From Patescibacteria group bacterium (GTDB taxonomy: Bacteria > Patescibacteriota > Patescibacteriia > Patescibacteriales > UBA12465): a DNA stretch of 60,923 nucleotides. Of the stretch, positions 1 to 9,333 are shown in pieces. The stretch covers positions 1 through 60,923 of the forward strand of contig JBAZZR010000004.1 in NCBI GenBank assembly GCA_041658665.1, read 5' to 3'. Numbering within the stretch: position 1 is the first letter of the stretch; each line of letters begins with the position of its first letter. A program made the translations under genes and the position numbers. The notes under the pieces were generated by a model. That model had not been told where the DNA came from. It was given only the letters and a program-made list of their open reading frames with translations, and did no database searches.

Positions 1-735
1 TTAACCAATTTAAGCATCGCTAATTTAACCATTGCCTCTGAAGCTCAGGGCGATATTGTCTATCGCAATGGTTCTGGCTGGACTAGATTACCGGCTGGCT
101 CCTCTGGTCAAGTTTTACAAACTCAAGGTGGGTCAGCTAACCCAACATGGGCAACCTCTACCGGCATTCCTTCCAATATTCAGGTATTTACCTCAAATGG
201 GACCTGGATTAAACCAGCTAATATTTCAATAGTTTACGTCCAAGTTTGGGGCGGTGGAGCCGGAGGAATTTCAGGAACTAACAATGTTAGCGGTGGCGGT
301 GGTGGAGCCGGCAGTTACAGTGCTGGTCTGGTAAATGTTTCTGGCAATGTTCCTGTAACCGTGGGCAGCGGCGGGGGAGCCAATTCGAACGGTGGGAATA
401 GCAGTTTTGCTGGCAATTCAACCTTAACTGCCGATGGAGGAGCAACTGGATCTGGGGCAACAGCCGGACTTGGAGGCACAGCTTCGGGCGGAACAATTAA
501 TCTTAGCGGAGCAAACGGAAGTAATTCAAAAGCATCTGATGGTGCCAACGGAGGCACTGGCGGCGGCAGCCCATTTGGAGGCAGTGGCGGTGGTGGCGGA
601 GCCGGCGGAAATGCCGCTAATCCAAGCGTGGTGGGCGGTTCTGGCACCCGACCCGGAGGCGGTGGCGGCGGCGGCAGTGAAAATGCCGGGACTGGCGGTT
701 CTGGTGCCGCTGGATTGGTAATTGTAAGTTATTAA
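1..735 (+). CDS. Glycine-rich, phage tail-fibre-like protein (5' truncated by window edge)
   Basis: Frame 1 is open from base 1: ...AQGDIVYRNGSGWTRLPAGSSGQVLQTQGGSANPTW...QVFTSNGTWIKPANISIVYVQVWGGGAGG... ending GAAGLVIVSY. This is a fibre-type repeat plus a Gly-rich C-terminal domain. The listed 361..735 ORF is only its tail. Confidence 0.75.
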   Translation, partial: LTNLSIANLTIASEAQGDIVYRNGSGWTRLPAGSSGQVLQTQGGSANPTWATSTGIPSNIQVFTSNGTWIKPANISIVYVQVWGGGAGGISGTNNVSGGGGGAGSYSAGLVNVSGNVPVTVGSGGGANSNGGNSSFAGNSTLTADGGATGSGATAGLGGTASGGTINLSGANGSNSKASDGANGGTGGGSPFGGSGGGGGAGGNAANPSVVGGSGTRPGGGGGGGSENAGTGGSGAAGLVIVSY

Positions 736-749
736 TAATCTAAAAAAGA

Positions 750-1604
750 ATGAAATATAAATTTGCAGTCATGGCCTGTACCTTAATTTTGTGCAGCAGT
801 ATGGCTATGGCAGCGGCTAGAAGCTCAAATTATCTTATTTCTACTGAAGTCTTTGACGTTGGAGGAACAACTGCCCGCTCAAACTCGTATGTCCTTGCCG
901 GTAAACTGCGTGATAAACAAACCGGAACATTAACCAATGCCAATCATTCGCTCTTCGAAGGTTTTATGCGTAGTGTATATTCATTTTTTCGACCAACCCC
1001 ACAACCACCTGCCCTGGCCGCTATCCAGCCAAAAAATGGATTTAATGACCAATCAATTTCGGCAACCATAACCGGCGCCAATTTTAGGAGCGGAATAATC
1101 ACCAAACTCACAAAAAGTGGCGAAAGCGATATTTTGGCCAGCAATATTATTGTAAATTCAGCTACCAGACTATCCTGCCAATTTAACCTTACAGGTAAAA
1201 CAATTGGTTATTGGGACCTTACAGTAACAAATGATGACGGAAAAACGGCCACTCTTCCACAAGCCTTTTCTATCCAGTCTCCCTCCATTACTGTTACTAA
1301 ACCAGTATCCAACACTCCTAATCCTTTTAATCCGCAAGCTGGGGCAACTACAATCAAATATTCTCTCAGCAAAGATGCGGATATAATCATTTACCTCTAT
1401 AATATACGCGGTGAACGTATCTGGCAGTATGTGGCTAGTGCGGGCCAAACCGGCGGAAAACTAGGGGAAAACGAAGTTCTCTGGGATGGAATTACAACAT
1501 TTAAACAGATCGCTAGTTCAGGAGTATATATTGTAACGGTTAATGTTCAGGATGGCGCCAATGTAAGAACCTTAAGCAAATCAAAGATTGCAATTATAAA
1601 ATGA
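750..1604 (+). CDS. Secreted protein with IPT/TIG-like Ig domain and C-terminal FlgD-Ig/T9SS-CTD-like domain
   Basis: Signal peptide. C-terminal NTPNPFNP...IKYSL...IYLYNIRGE...WDG...SSGVYIV motif. Confidence 0.75.
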   Translation: MKYKFAVMACTLILCSSMAMAAARSSNYLISTEVFDVGGTTARSNSYVLAGKLRDKQTGTLTNANHSLFEGFMRSVYSFFRPTPQPPALAAIQPKNGFNDQSISATITGANFRSGIITKLTKSGESDILASNIIVNSATRLSCQFNLTGKTIGYWDLTVTNDDGKTATLPQAFSIQSPSITVTKPVSNTPNPFNPQAGATTIKYSLSKDADIIIYLYNIRGERIWQYVASAGQTGGKLGENEVLWDGITTFKQIASSGVYIVTVNVQDGANVRTLSKSKIAIIK

Positions 1605-2590
1605 AAAAATTATTACTGTTTCTTATAATCCTTATAATTATTACTTTTGCAAATCAAGCCTTTGCCGCGGTAGTAGGCAGCACTGACGACCCAATGTCCG
1701 TCGGAGGCGGTGCAAGACCGCTCGGAATGGGACGCGCTTTTACTGCGATTGCCGACGACGCTGACGCACCATTTATAAATCCTGCAGGATTGGCCGGCTT
1801 GAAAGGCCCACAAGGCATGACAATGTTTACTAATCTTATGGGCGAAGTATATTACACTGAACTTTGCGGATCGATTCCATCAGAATATGGAGCTGTGGGG
1901 GCGGGATTAATCATGACCGGTGTAAACGGAATTCCTACCGACACCGGGCCTCTAGCGGATTACTATGACTCCCTTTTTCTTTTATCTTACAGCACTCCCC
2001 TTGCCCGTTTTTTTCAATATGCCAACAACGTCTTTGTAGGTGGCAATATCAAATTTTTTAGCCGCGGGTTTTCTGGCGGAATCTCACAATACGCTTCCGG
2101 CACCAGCGCTGACATTGGACTGAAATATATTTTTAGTCCAAATCTAAGCTTTGGAATATGTAGGCAAAACTTTTTGCCGGTCTCTTTTGGCGGAGTATTA
2201 AGAATAAGCGGGGGAGCTGAAGAATCCATTGCTGGTATTACCAAAATTGGATTTGCAGCTCGCCCAGTACCTTTTGGCAAAGACCTTTTACTGGCATTTG
2301 ACACCGATCTTCCAGCACAAAGCGGACGTCCTATTACCTTTCATTTTGGAACCGAATGGAAACAAAGCGAATATCTTACCCTGCGGGGAGGACTAGACCA
2401 AAGCCTTGACGCCGCTACAGATAGTCACGCCAGCACCAATTGGACCTGCGGATTATCACTTGGTTACGCCGGATTTAGGGTAGACTACGCTTATCATCCG
2501 TACTATAATGATCCAAGTTTAGCGACAAATTATCTTTCGCTTTCGTATCAAGCGGAACCGTGGTTTGCTCTAAAGGGAAGAACAGAATAA
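1601..2590 (+). CDS. PorV/PorQ-like (FadL-type) outer-membrane beta-barrel
   Basis: Signal peptide, GGGARPLGMGRAF...DDADAPFINPAGL plug motif, amphipathic strands, DYAYHPY near the end. ATGA-type coupling to upstream gene region. Confidence 0.75.
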   Translation: MKKLLLFLIILIIITFANQAFAAVVGSTDDPMSVGGGARPLGMGRAFTAIADDADAPFINPAGLAGLKGPQGMTMFTNLMGEVYYTELCGSIPSEYGAVGAGLIMTGVNGIPTDTGPLADYYDSLFLLSYSTPLARFFQYANNVFVGGNIKFFSRGFSGGISQYASGTSADIGLKYIFSPNLSFGICRQNFLPVSFGGVLRISGGAEESIAGITKIGFAARPVPFGKDLLLAFDTDLPAQSGRPITFHFGTEWKQSEYLTLRGGLDQSLDAATDSHASTNWTCGLSLGYAGFRVDYAYHPYYNDPSLATNYLSLSYQAEPWFALKGRTE

Positions 2591-2593
2591 AAA

Positions 2594-4084
2594 ATGACAA
2601 GAAAAATATTCCTGGTTATTTTGGCGATAACTTTTATTATTACCGCTGTATCAATTGCCCAAGCAATCCCCAAAGAATATCTACCGGGCGATTTTGTTCA
2701 TATTATTGTTGAATCCCCAATCGATACCGCCCAAATCACTGCCACTTTGCCGGATGGTAAGATTTTGAGTTTGTTACATGAGCGCCGCAGCAATGTTTGG
2801 CGTGGAATCTGGGAAGTACCGGTTGGATTTAAGCGAGGAAACTATTTCGCCAAATTATCAGCTGTAGATATCTCTGGGAATGTTTTTGAAGGAAAATCAG
2901 ATTCTTTTACGGTGGGAGAGATTGCAATGATTCTGCTGGTTGGAAAAGCTACTCCAGAAACCACCAGGGTTCCTCTCCAACAAAAAATTAGCCTTCCACC
3001 CCCACCCGCCGGACTGACCGAAAAAGAACTTATGAGCGCAATCCGCAAACTGATATTAGAAAAACCAACTGGTCCTGAACCAGCAATCCAAGCCGTAGAA
3101 AAATCCATGCTGATTCAACAAAATATCGATAATGGAACAAACAGTCTTGAGAATAAACGTTATTCCGAGGCGGCTGGTTATTTTAGAGTTGCTCTTTTTC
3201 TTGACCCCAAAAACAAAGAGGCCGGCCAAAAGTTAGCACAAGCAAATCAACGTTACTCCAGGGAAAAGAATTTAAATATTTTCGTATATGCTTCAATAGC
3301 AGTTGCTATCATATTACTAGTAACAGTTCTCTTGTTTATTTATAATAAATTTAAACCACAAGTCTGTCCCCCTACTGTCCCAGCCTCGGTTATCCCAGTA
3401 AAAGAAAGAGAAGCACTTTTCTTTAGCCAACTTGGTTGGAAAAATAATCCCTTTGTCCTAGAAGCCCCAATTCCATTTAGCGAAGAAGGAAAACTCTCTT
3501 TGAGTGGATTACACGCTTTTATTAAAGGGCGGATTACTACAGTTGGCGGAAAAGATCTTTCCCCATTTACTGATATTTCTCTTGAGGAAATCCATAAATT
3601 ATCAAATGGCAATCCCAAAACCGCCCTTTTAATCTGTAAATGGGCGCTAGAAGAAACCATTAGAAAGAACGAAAATAAAATCACAGCTGAAATAGTTAAG
3701 GCTTACGAATCAATTGCTCCCAAGAGCATTTTGATTGCAGATGATGAAGAGATGATTGTACATAGTTTAAGCACCATCTTAAAAAAAGGCGGTGGCTACC
3801 TAACCGATACCGCCCAAGATGGCGAAGAAGCCCTCAATAAAATCCGATCAAACCGCTATTCCGCCGTTTTGCTGGATATTGAAATGCCCAAATTAAATGG
3901 CTATGAGATATTAAAACAAGCTAGGGCAATTTATCCTTCATTGCCAATTATATTCGTCACCGGAAAAGGAGACCCCAAGAAAACGATCGAAAGTATAAGC
4001 CAGTATGACCTTACCGGTTATATAGAAAAGCCATTTACACCTGAAAAAGTGCTAGATGCAGTAGCAAGAGCCTTAAATATCTAG
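2594..4084 (+). CDS. Membrane-anchored multidomain response regulator (Ig-like, TPR, TM, ExeA-like helical remnant, REC)
   Basis: Signal peptide, TPR (EAAGYFRVALFLDPKNKEA), TM helix, C-terminal receiver (ILIADDE...LLDIEMP...FVTG...EKPF). Confidence 0.7.
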   Translation: MTRKIFLVILAITFIITAVSIAQAIPKEYLPGDFVHIIVESPIDTAQITATLPDGKILSLLHERRSNVWRGIWEVPVGFKRGNYFAKLSAVDISGNVFEGKSDSFTVGEIAMILLVGKATPETTRVPLQQKISLPPPPAGLTEKELMSAIRKLILEKPTGPEPAIQAVEKSMLIQQNIDNGTNSLENKRYSEAAGYFRVALFLDPKNKEAGQKLAQANQRYSREKNLNIFVYASIAVAIILLVTVLLFIYNKFKPQVCPPTVPASVIPVKEREALFFSQLGWKNNPFVLEAPIPFSEEGKLSLSGLHAFIKGRITTVGGKDLSPFTDISLEEIHKLSNGNPKTALLICKWALEETIRKNENKITAEIVKAYESIAPKSILIADDEEMIVHSLSTILKKGGGYLTDTAQDGEEALNKIRSNRYSAVLLDIEMPKLNGYEILKQARAIYPSLPIIFVTGKGDPKKTIESISQYDLTGYIEKPFTPEKVLDAVARALNI

Positions 4085-4449
4085 TCTACTTTAATAACGT
4101 CACGAAGAATCCGAAGAACCGTCTCCCCATTAAAAGGTTTTTCGACAAATCCGTTTAGCTTATATTTTGTCACACTTTCTACTACTTTATCTGCTTTGGC
4201 CGTCCCGGTTAAAAAAATCACTGGCAAAGAGGGCATAATATCTCTAATTTTTTTAAGTAGAGTATAACCATCCATAGTTGGAAGAGCTATATCTAGCAAA
4301 ACAGCATCGTATTTATTTTGCCTTATCTTTTGCATAATTTCTTCCCCATCAAAAGCACAATCGGACTCAAATACTCCGGTAGTTTTTAATATATTTTTCA
4401 TCGACTCGCAAATCATAATATCATCATCGGCAACCAATATTTTCTTCAT
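4081..4449 (-). CDS. Single-domain response regulator (REC)
   Basis: ILVADDD, LLDIALP, FLTG and EKPF receiver motifs. Confidence 0.9.
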   Translation of the reverse strand: MKKILVADDDIMICESMKNILKTTGVFESDCAFDGEEIMQKIRQNKYDAVLLDIALPTMDGYTLLKKIRDIMPSLPVIFLTGTAKADKVVESVTKYKLNGFVEKPFNGETVLRILRDVIKVD

Positions 4450-4464
4450 GCAGATTCTCCTTCT

Positions 4465-5142
4465 TTATTTCGGAAGAGTAAAAAAATAGCGCATTCCTTC
4501 ACCCTTCTTTCTTTCTTCAATGCCTATCTTACCACCATGTGCTTCTACCGCCAAGCGGCAAAAATAAAAACCCAACCCAATTCCCGCACGGGATCGCATT
4601 TCTGGATAATCTACTCGAAAGTTTTTATCAAAGGCTTTTTCATGCAGCGGACCTGGAAGAGGTTCACTTTGGTCGATAATTTCAAATAATATATTATCTA
4701 TTTCGATTCCTACTTTAAAAAGTACAATATTTCCAGTCCTTGATTGCTTAATAGAGTTTAAGAGAAGATTCAATAGTATTCTTTTTAACATCTCAGGATC
4801 TGCCTTAATTTCAAATGTTGGATCGAATTGAGTTTTCAGGCTTTTTTGAACCTTTTGGGCATACTTTTCAATCCAAGACAACGAATGATAGATTTGGCCA
4901 ATGGTGTAAGTAGTTTTTTCGATCTTTGTCCTTCCTTCTTCGAAAAACACTATATCCCTTAAGTCGGCAATAATCGAAGTAAGTAAAATTGCACTAAGAT
5001 TGATATTTTCTAATATTTCTGTTTGATCTTTGGTAAGGGAACCAAGTAAACCATCAAGAAAAAGGCCGGCTCCCGCCGTTATCCCTGAGAGTGAATTAGC
5101 CATGTCATGCAGAATTACTCTTTCAACCAGTGGATCTAGCAT
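4465..5142 (-). CDS. Histidine kinase core without sensor domain (HisKA-HATPase)
   Basis: H-box LHDMANSL, N-box NLLLNSIK, G2 GIGLGFY, HGGKI. Confidence 0.8.
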   Translation of the reverse strand: MLDPLVERVILHDMANSLSGITAGAGLFLDGLLGSLTKDQTEILENINLSAILLTSIIADLRDIVFFEEGRTKIEKTTYTIGQIYHSLSWIEKYAQKVQKSLKTQFDPTFEIKADPEMLKRILLNLLLNSIKQSRTGNIVLFKVGIEIDNILFEIIDQSEPLPGPLHEKAFDKNFRVDYPEMRSRAGIGLGFYFCRLAVEAHGGKIGIEERKKGEGMRYFFTLPK

Positions 5143-7463
5143 ACAGGTTTAGCTCCCTTGGGAATAGTAAAAGTAAAGGTCGATCCTTTACCCAATTCGC
5201 TTTCAGCCCAAATTTTTCCGCCAAGCAACTCAACCAGGCCTTTTGAAATTGCCAGCCCTAGCCCAGTCCCTTTGGCCCCCGGCCCAATTGTTCGGTCAAA
5301 TTGTTCAAATTTTGCAAATAAACGCGAAAAATCTTCTTTTGCAATCCCTTTACCATTATCATGAGTGCTTATTTCAACAAAAGTATCTTTTTCAACTATT
5401 TCGACCCATACTTTTCCTTGCTCACTAGTAAACTTAATAGCATTAGATAACAAATTGTTAAATATCTCATTTAATTTATCTGGGTCAATGCATAGATTTA
5501 ACTCTTTTTCTGGCTTAAGTGTTAATGAGAGGTTAATTTTCTTCATTTGGGCTTGCGGCTGAAGCGTTTTAATAATATCTTCAATTGTCTTTATGAGATC
5601 AATCGATTGCGGCTGGCTAACAACTTTACGGGATTCAATTTTAGAGATATTTAAAAGATCATTAATCAAACGCGTTAAACGATCAACATTTATTTGTGCA
5701 GTTTCTAATATTTCTTTTTGTTTTGGATTGATTGGACCAGAAAGTTGCTCTAGCACCAAACTAACTCCTTGTTCAATAATGGCGAGTGGAGTTCGCAATT
5801 CATGAGAGGCCATTGCCAAAAATTCATTTTTCAACTCATTTACTTGTTTTAATTCTTCGATTTTTAAATTATTTTCTTCGATTATCCGTTGCACAGTTTT
5901 ATCCCTTACAAGTGCGGTTAAATAGGTTTTTCCCCTCTCATCAATTTTTGATAATATGACTTCAGCGTCAAATACTTCTCCATTCAACCGTTTATGCTTC
6001 CAGTCAAAACGATTGGATCCTTCACGCATAGCCGTTTCAATCATTTCAATGGCTTTTTTAGTAGAATTTTGTCCGTCGGGCTGCAATTCAGGAGATAACC
6101 TCCAGGGTTCGTATGAAATAAACTCAAGTTCATCTTTTACTCTAAACATAGCAACAGTAGCAGGATTACCCGATGTAAATCTCCAAGACGGAGGCTCAAG
6201 AGTCATAATAGCATCGCTGGATGACATAATAATACTGCGAAATTTGCTTTCGCTTTCTAAAAGCAGTTTCTCTTTTAATAAACGATCGGTATTGTCATGA
6301 AAAATACCCAGCAAATATTTTTTTCCACCAAAACTAATCGGTGCCGCACTTACATCTGCAAAGAAAAGCGAGCCATCTTTTCTCTTAACCGGGAGATCTT
6401 TGGCTGTGACAATCTCTCCTCTAGCCTGTTTTCCAAATTGCTCTAACACATAGGAGACATCTTTTTCGGGGTGAATATCCTTTATTCCTAATTTTTTAAT
6501 TTCTTCTTGGCTATACCCCAGCATTTGGCAAATTGTTTTGTTCCCCATAAAAAACTTTTCGGCACTCAACTCGGACAACAAAAGGCCATCTCCAACACTG
6601 TTAAATAGATGATTAATATTATCTTCATTGGTTCGAGCCAATTCGGTTTCCAATTGCTTGCGCTCGGTAATATCAACAATGCTGGATAAAACATAAAGAC
6701 CTTGTTCTAGTTTAATCATTTGCGCAGAAAACAAGGCAGTTATAATTTTTCCATTCTTCACCTTAAATAAATATTCTCGGCTCAGTACCGGCTGTCCGGT
6801 TTTAAGATCCGAAACAACCTGCTTTCGATCATCTACATTTACCCACATATTTAACATAATCGAAGAAGAGGCTAACGCCTCTTCCCTGGTATAACCAGAT
6901 ATTTCGGTAAAAGCAGAATTGATTTCGACAAAAGACCCATCTTCAGACCGGGTAATTGTAATGGCATAGGGAAAAGCATTAAAAGCTTTTAAAAATTTAT
7001 CTTCGCTTTTCCGCAAAGTATCTAACAACTTAATGCGTTCCGAAACATCAATCCCAATAGAAAGGACGCCCAGAACGTTATCATTAGTATCCTTCAAAGT
7101 CTTACTATTCCATTCGATAATTATTTCATGGCCATCTTTAGCCACAATTGGATTAATAATCCCTTTGGTTGCAACTCCCTTGATAGATTTCTTAAATACT
7201 TCTCTTATCTTGTCGTAATCCCCTTTGGGTAAAAAAGTTGTGAACCAATCCTTACCTTTTGCTTCTTTTAACCAATAGCCAGAAATTTCCTCCATATAGG
7301 GATTATAGGTAACGATTTTTCCTTCTGGGTCGAGCACAAGAACAATTGCTTGCGCCGTATTCACAAGAGCCTCAAAATAATTAAACATATTGGAATTTGC
7401 GGATCGTTTTTTTAGAAGATTATTGATTACCGTTACTCTTTGTTTTTTTTTCTTTGGTTTCAT
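5136..7463 (-). CDS. Cytoplasmic multi-PAS sensor histidine kinase
   Basis: Four PAS/PAC repeats, SHELRTPL H-box, NLLSNAIKFT, DNGKGI, GTGLGLAI. No TM segment. Confidence 0.92.
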   Translation of the reverse strand: MKPKKKKQRVTVINNLLKKRSANSNMFNYFEALVNTAQAIVLVLDPEGKIVTYNPYMEEISGYWLKEAKGKDWFTTFLPKGDYDKIREVFKKSIKGVATKGIINPIVAKDGHEIIIEWNSKTLKDTNDNVLGVLSIGIDVSERIKLLDTLRKSEDKFLKAFNAFPYAITITRSEDGSFVEINSAFTEISGYTREEALASSSIMLNMWVNVDDRKQVVSDLKTGQPVLSREYLFKVKNGKIITALFSAQMIKLEQGLYVLSSIVDITERKQLETELARTNEDNINHLFNSVGDGLLLSELSAEKFFMGNKTICQMLGYSQEEIKKLGIKDIHPEKDVSYVLEQFGKQARGEIVTAKDLPVKRKDGSLFFADVSAAPISFGGKKYLLGIFHDNTDRLLKEKLLLESESKFRSIIMSSSDAIMTLEPPSWRFTSGNPATVAMFRVKDELEFISYEPWRLSPELQPDGQNSTKKAIEMIETAMREGSNRFDWKHKRLNGEVFDAEVILSKIDERGKTYLTALVRDKTVQRIIEENNLKIEELKQVNELKNEFLAMASHELRTPLAIIEQGVSLVLEQLSGPINPKQKEILETAQINVDRLTRLINDLLNISKIESRKVVSQPQSIDLIKTIEDIIKTLQPQAQMKKINLSLTLKPEKELNLCIDPDKLNEIFNNLLSNAIKFTSEQGKVWVEIVEKDTFVEISTHDNGKGIAKEDFSRLFAKFEQFDRTIGPGAKGTGLGLAISKGLVELLGGKIWAESELGKGSTFTFTIPKGAKPVC

Positions 7464-7616
7464 TTAGCCCCTATTTGGCTAAATTATAGACATATAATAT
7501 ACCAAAAGCAAGAAAAAACAGTAATAATTTGACTTATAAGACTGCTAATAAAAGAAATTTCCAAACTCTAGTAAAATATATGATATAATCGAAAACAATC
7601 TAATTTGGAGGATGTT

Positions 7617-7898
7617 ATGAAAAAATATTATTCTGTGGCTTTCACTTTCATTCTTTTGTTACTTGTTTCTTGCTACTTGTTTCTTGCTACTGGCTGCGGT
7701 TCAGAAACCTCAACCACCACGACCATTGCAACTACTACCACAACTACCACTTCTACTACGACCACCTCCACGGATACTTCGACATCAACCACGGATACTT
7801 CAACCTCCACTACTGACACAACCACCTCGACTACGGACACATCAACTTCCACCACTGATACATCTACTACCACTGATACGACAACTACAACAGCTTAA
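7617..7898 (+). CDS. Small lipoprotein made almost entirely of Thr/Ser/Asp repeats
   Basis: GGAGG RBS before ATG 7617. MKKYY-hydrophobic-LATGC lipobox, then poly-Thr and TTDTSTS-like heptads. Confidence 0.7.
   Translation: MKKYYSVAFTFILLLLVSCYLFLATGCGSETSTTTTIATTTTTTTSTTTTSTDTSTSTTDTSTSTTDTTTSTTDTSTSTTDTSTTTDTTTTTA
7720..7895 (+). repeat. Coding poly-Thr tract and degenerate 21-bp (TTDTSTS) tandem repeats
   Basis: About five heptapeptide units with synonymous codon variation (ACGGATACTTC, ACTGACACA, ACGGACACA, ACTGATACA). Confidence 0.8.
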
Positions 7899-7926
7899 AA
7901 CAAACTTGTTTTCATAGGAGAATAAA

Positions 7927-9321
7927 ATGACAAAAAAAAGAATAGCGCTTATTGCCGCACTCTTTCTTGTTTCCGGTGTTTGTTTCTTCAATGGCTGTGG
8001 AGGAGGTAACTCTCCGGCTCCTACTCCAGTTACCAATTACACGATTAGTGGGCAAGTGGGAACAGTTACTGCCAGCGGAGTACATGGCACTGCCATTCTC
8101 CCCGTCACCGATGTTATTGCCATTGGAGCTAACGCCCAACATTATTTGGCCACTTACAATACAACAACTGGGAGTTTTGAAGTCAAAATTGTCAGTGGGT
8201 GTCCATATGCCGTAGGGTTTTATAATAAAACTGGTTCAACTATTACCTTGCTGGGATATCTAAGGCAAGAACAAGTTAATTGGCATTCTTTGCCGTTAAT
8301 GGATCCTACCGGCGAAGTAACAAACTTAGGTACAGTTGAAATCGATATGGTGAGCATTGAAGCAATCCCTTCAATATCGCTCGATGATATCCTCTCACAA
8401 ACTAATATGGATGCTGCTGCCGCCAATCTTTACGGTCAGGTTGACGGTGTAATGTCAATTTTTACAAATGTAGATGTTGACAGTAACGGGGTTTATGATT
8501 TCCTAGAAAGCAAAGCCTATTTGCTTCAAATCACTATTGGAACTGGTCTTAGCTCTACAGAAGGGATGCCTACCGGTGAAGTAGACAGAATGCTCAATCA
8601 ATTTAACGAAACGTATTATCCGGTTCCCAACGCGTACCAAATCATTTTTCATGCCATTGATGCTCCCAACCCTTCGGTCGGAACACTTGGAACAATTTAT
8701 TTCCCTGTGCCAATTACAGGCGTTGATGGAATACCTCGAACTAGTTTGGTCGGTGACGTTTGGGGAGGTGTTTCTGGACATATATGGAATTTCATGCTTG
8801 CTTCAACCCACTCGGTTGTTGAGGGTGAATTGATTTATCCTACTGTAGTTCCTTCAGGAACTTACACTTTCGAAGTTGCCGGTAAGGGGACTTATACATT
8901 CAACAACGTAACTGGTTCTCCATTAGCAGCTGTGGGAACCACCGAAAGCCTAATTTTCCCAGTTTTCAAAATGGTAACTAATGAAGCAGGTTATGTCACC
9001 ACCATTCATTACAAATGGATGATTCGCGAAGATGGTGTTACCCGCGAAGCCACCGCCAGCGAAGTAAAAGCGGTAATTGTTGATACTGCTATGAGCAGCA
9101 ATGGGACTTTGGTCGAAGCCAGCCCAAGTCTTGGAATAGTTGAGGGTTCTTACCCTCCTCCAGATCCGGATCCCAACTATCATGCTCCAAAAAAAATTGC
9201 TCGGGACAGCAGTTACGTTGATATCTCCGATTGGAACGTTAGATTTGAAAACATTGCCCTGTTTAGCTGCAATTACAAGTTAAATAGTGATATAAGTTTA
9301 TCCTTTATGTTCTTAAAATAG
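7927..9321 (+). CDS. Uncharacterised lipoprotein
   Basis: AGGAG RBS, lipobox-like FNGC-GGG, 464 aa beta-rich ORF. Confidence 0.7.
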   Translation: MTKKRIALIAALFLVSGVCFFNGCGGGNSPAPTPVTNYTISGQVGTVTASGVHGTAILPVTDVIAIGANAQHYLATYNTTTGSFEVKIVSGCPYAVGFYNKTGSTITLLGYLRQEQVNWHSLPLMDPTGEVTNLGTVEIDMVSIEAIPSISLDDILSQTNMDAAAANLYGQVDGVMSIFTNVDVDSNGVYDFLESKAYLLQITIGTGLSSTEGMPTGEVDRMLNQFNETYYPVPNAYQIIFHAIDAPNPSVGTLGTIYFPVPITGVDGIPRTSLVGDVWGGVSGHIWNFMLASTHSVVEGELIYPTVVPSGTYTFEVAGKGTYTFNNVTGSPLAAVGTTESLIFPVFKMVTNEAGYVTTIHYKWMIREDGVTREATASEVKAVIVDTAMSSNGTLVEASPSLGIVEGSYPPPDPDPNYHAPKKIARDSSYVDISDWNVRFENIALFSCNYKLNSDISLSFMFLK

Positions 9322-9333
9322 CAGCCGGATAAT

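Noticed and set aside
287..721. Pro-rich and Ala-rich alternative ORFs
   Set aside because: They are shadows of the Gly-rich frame-1 gene.
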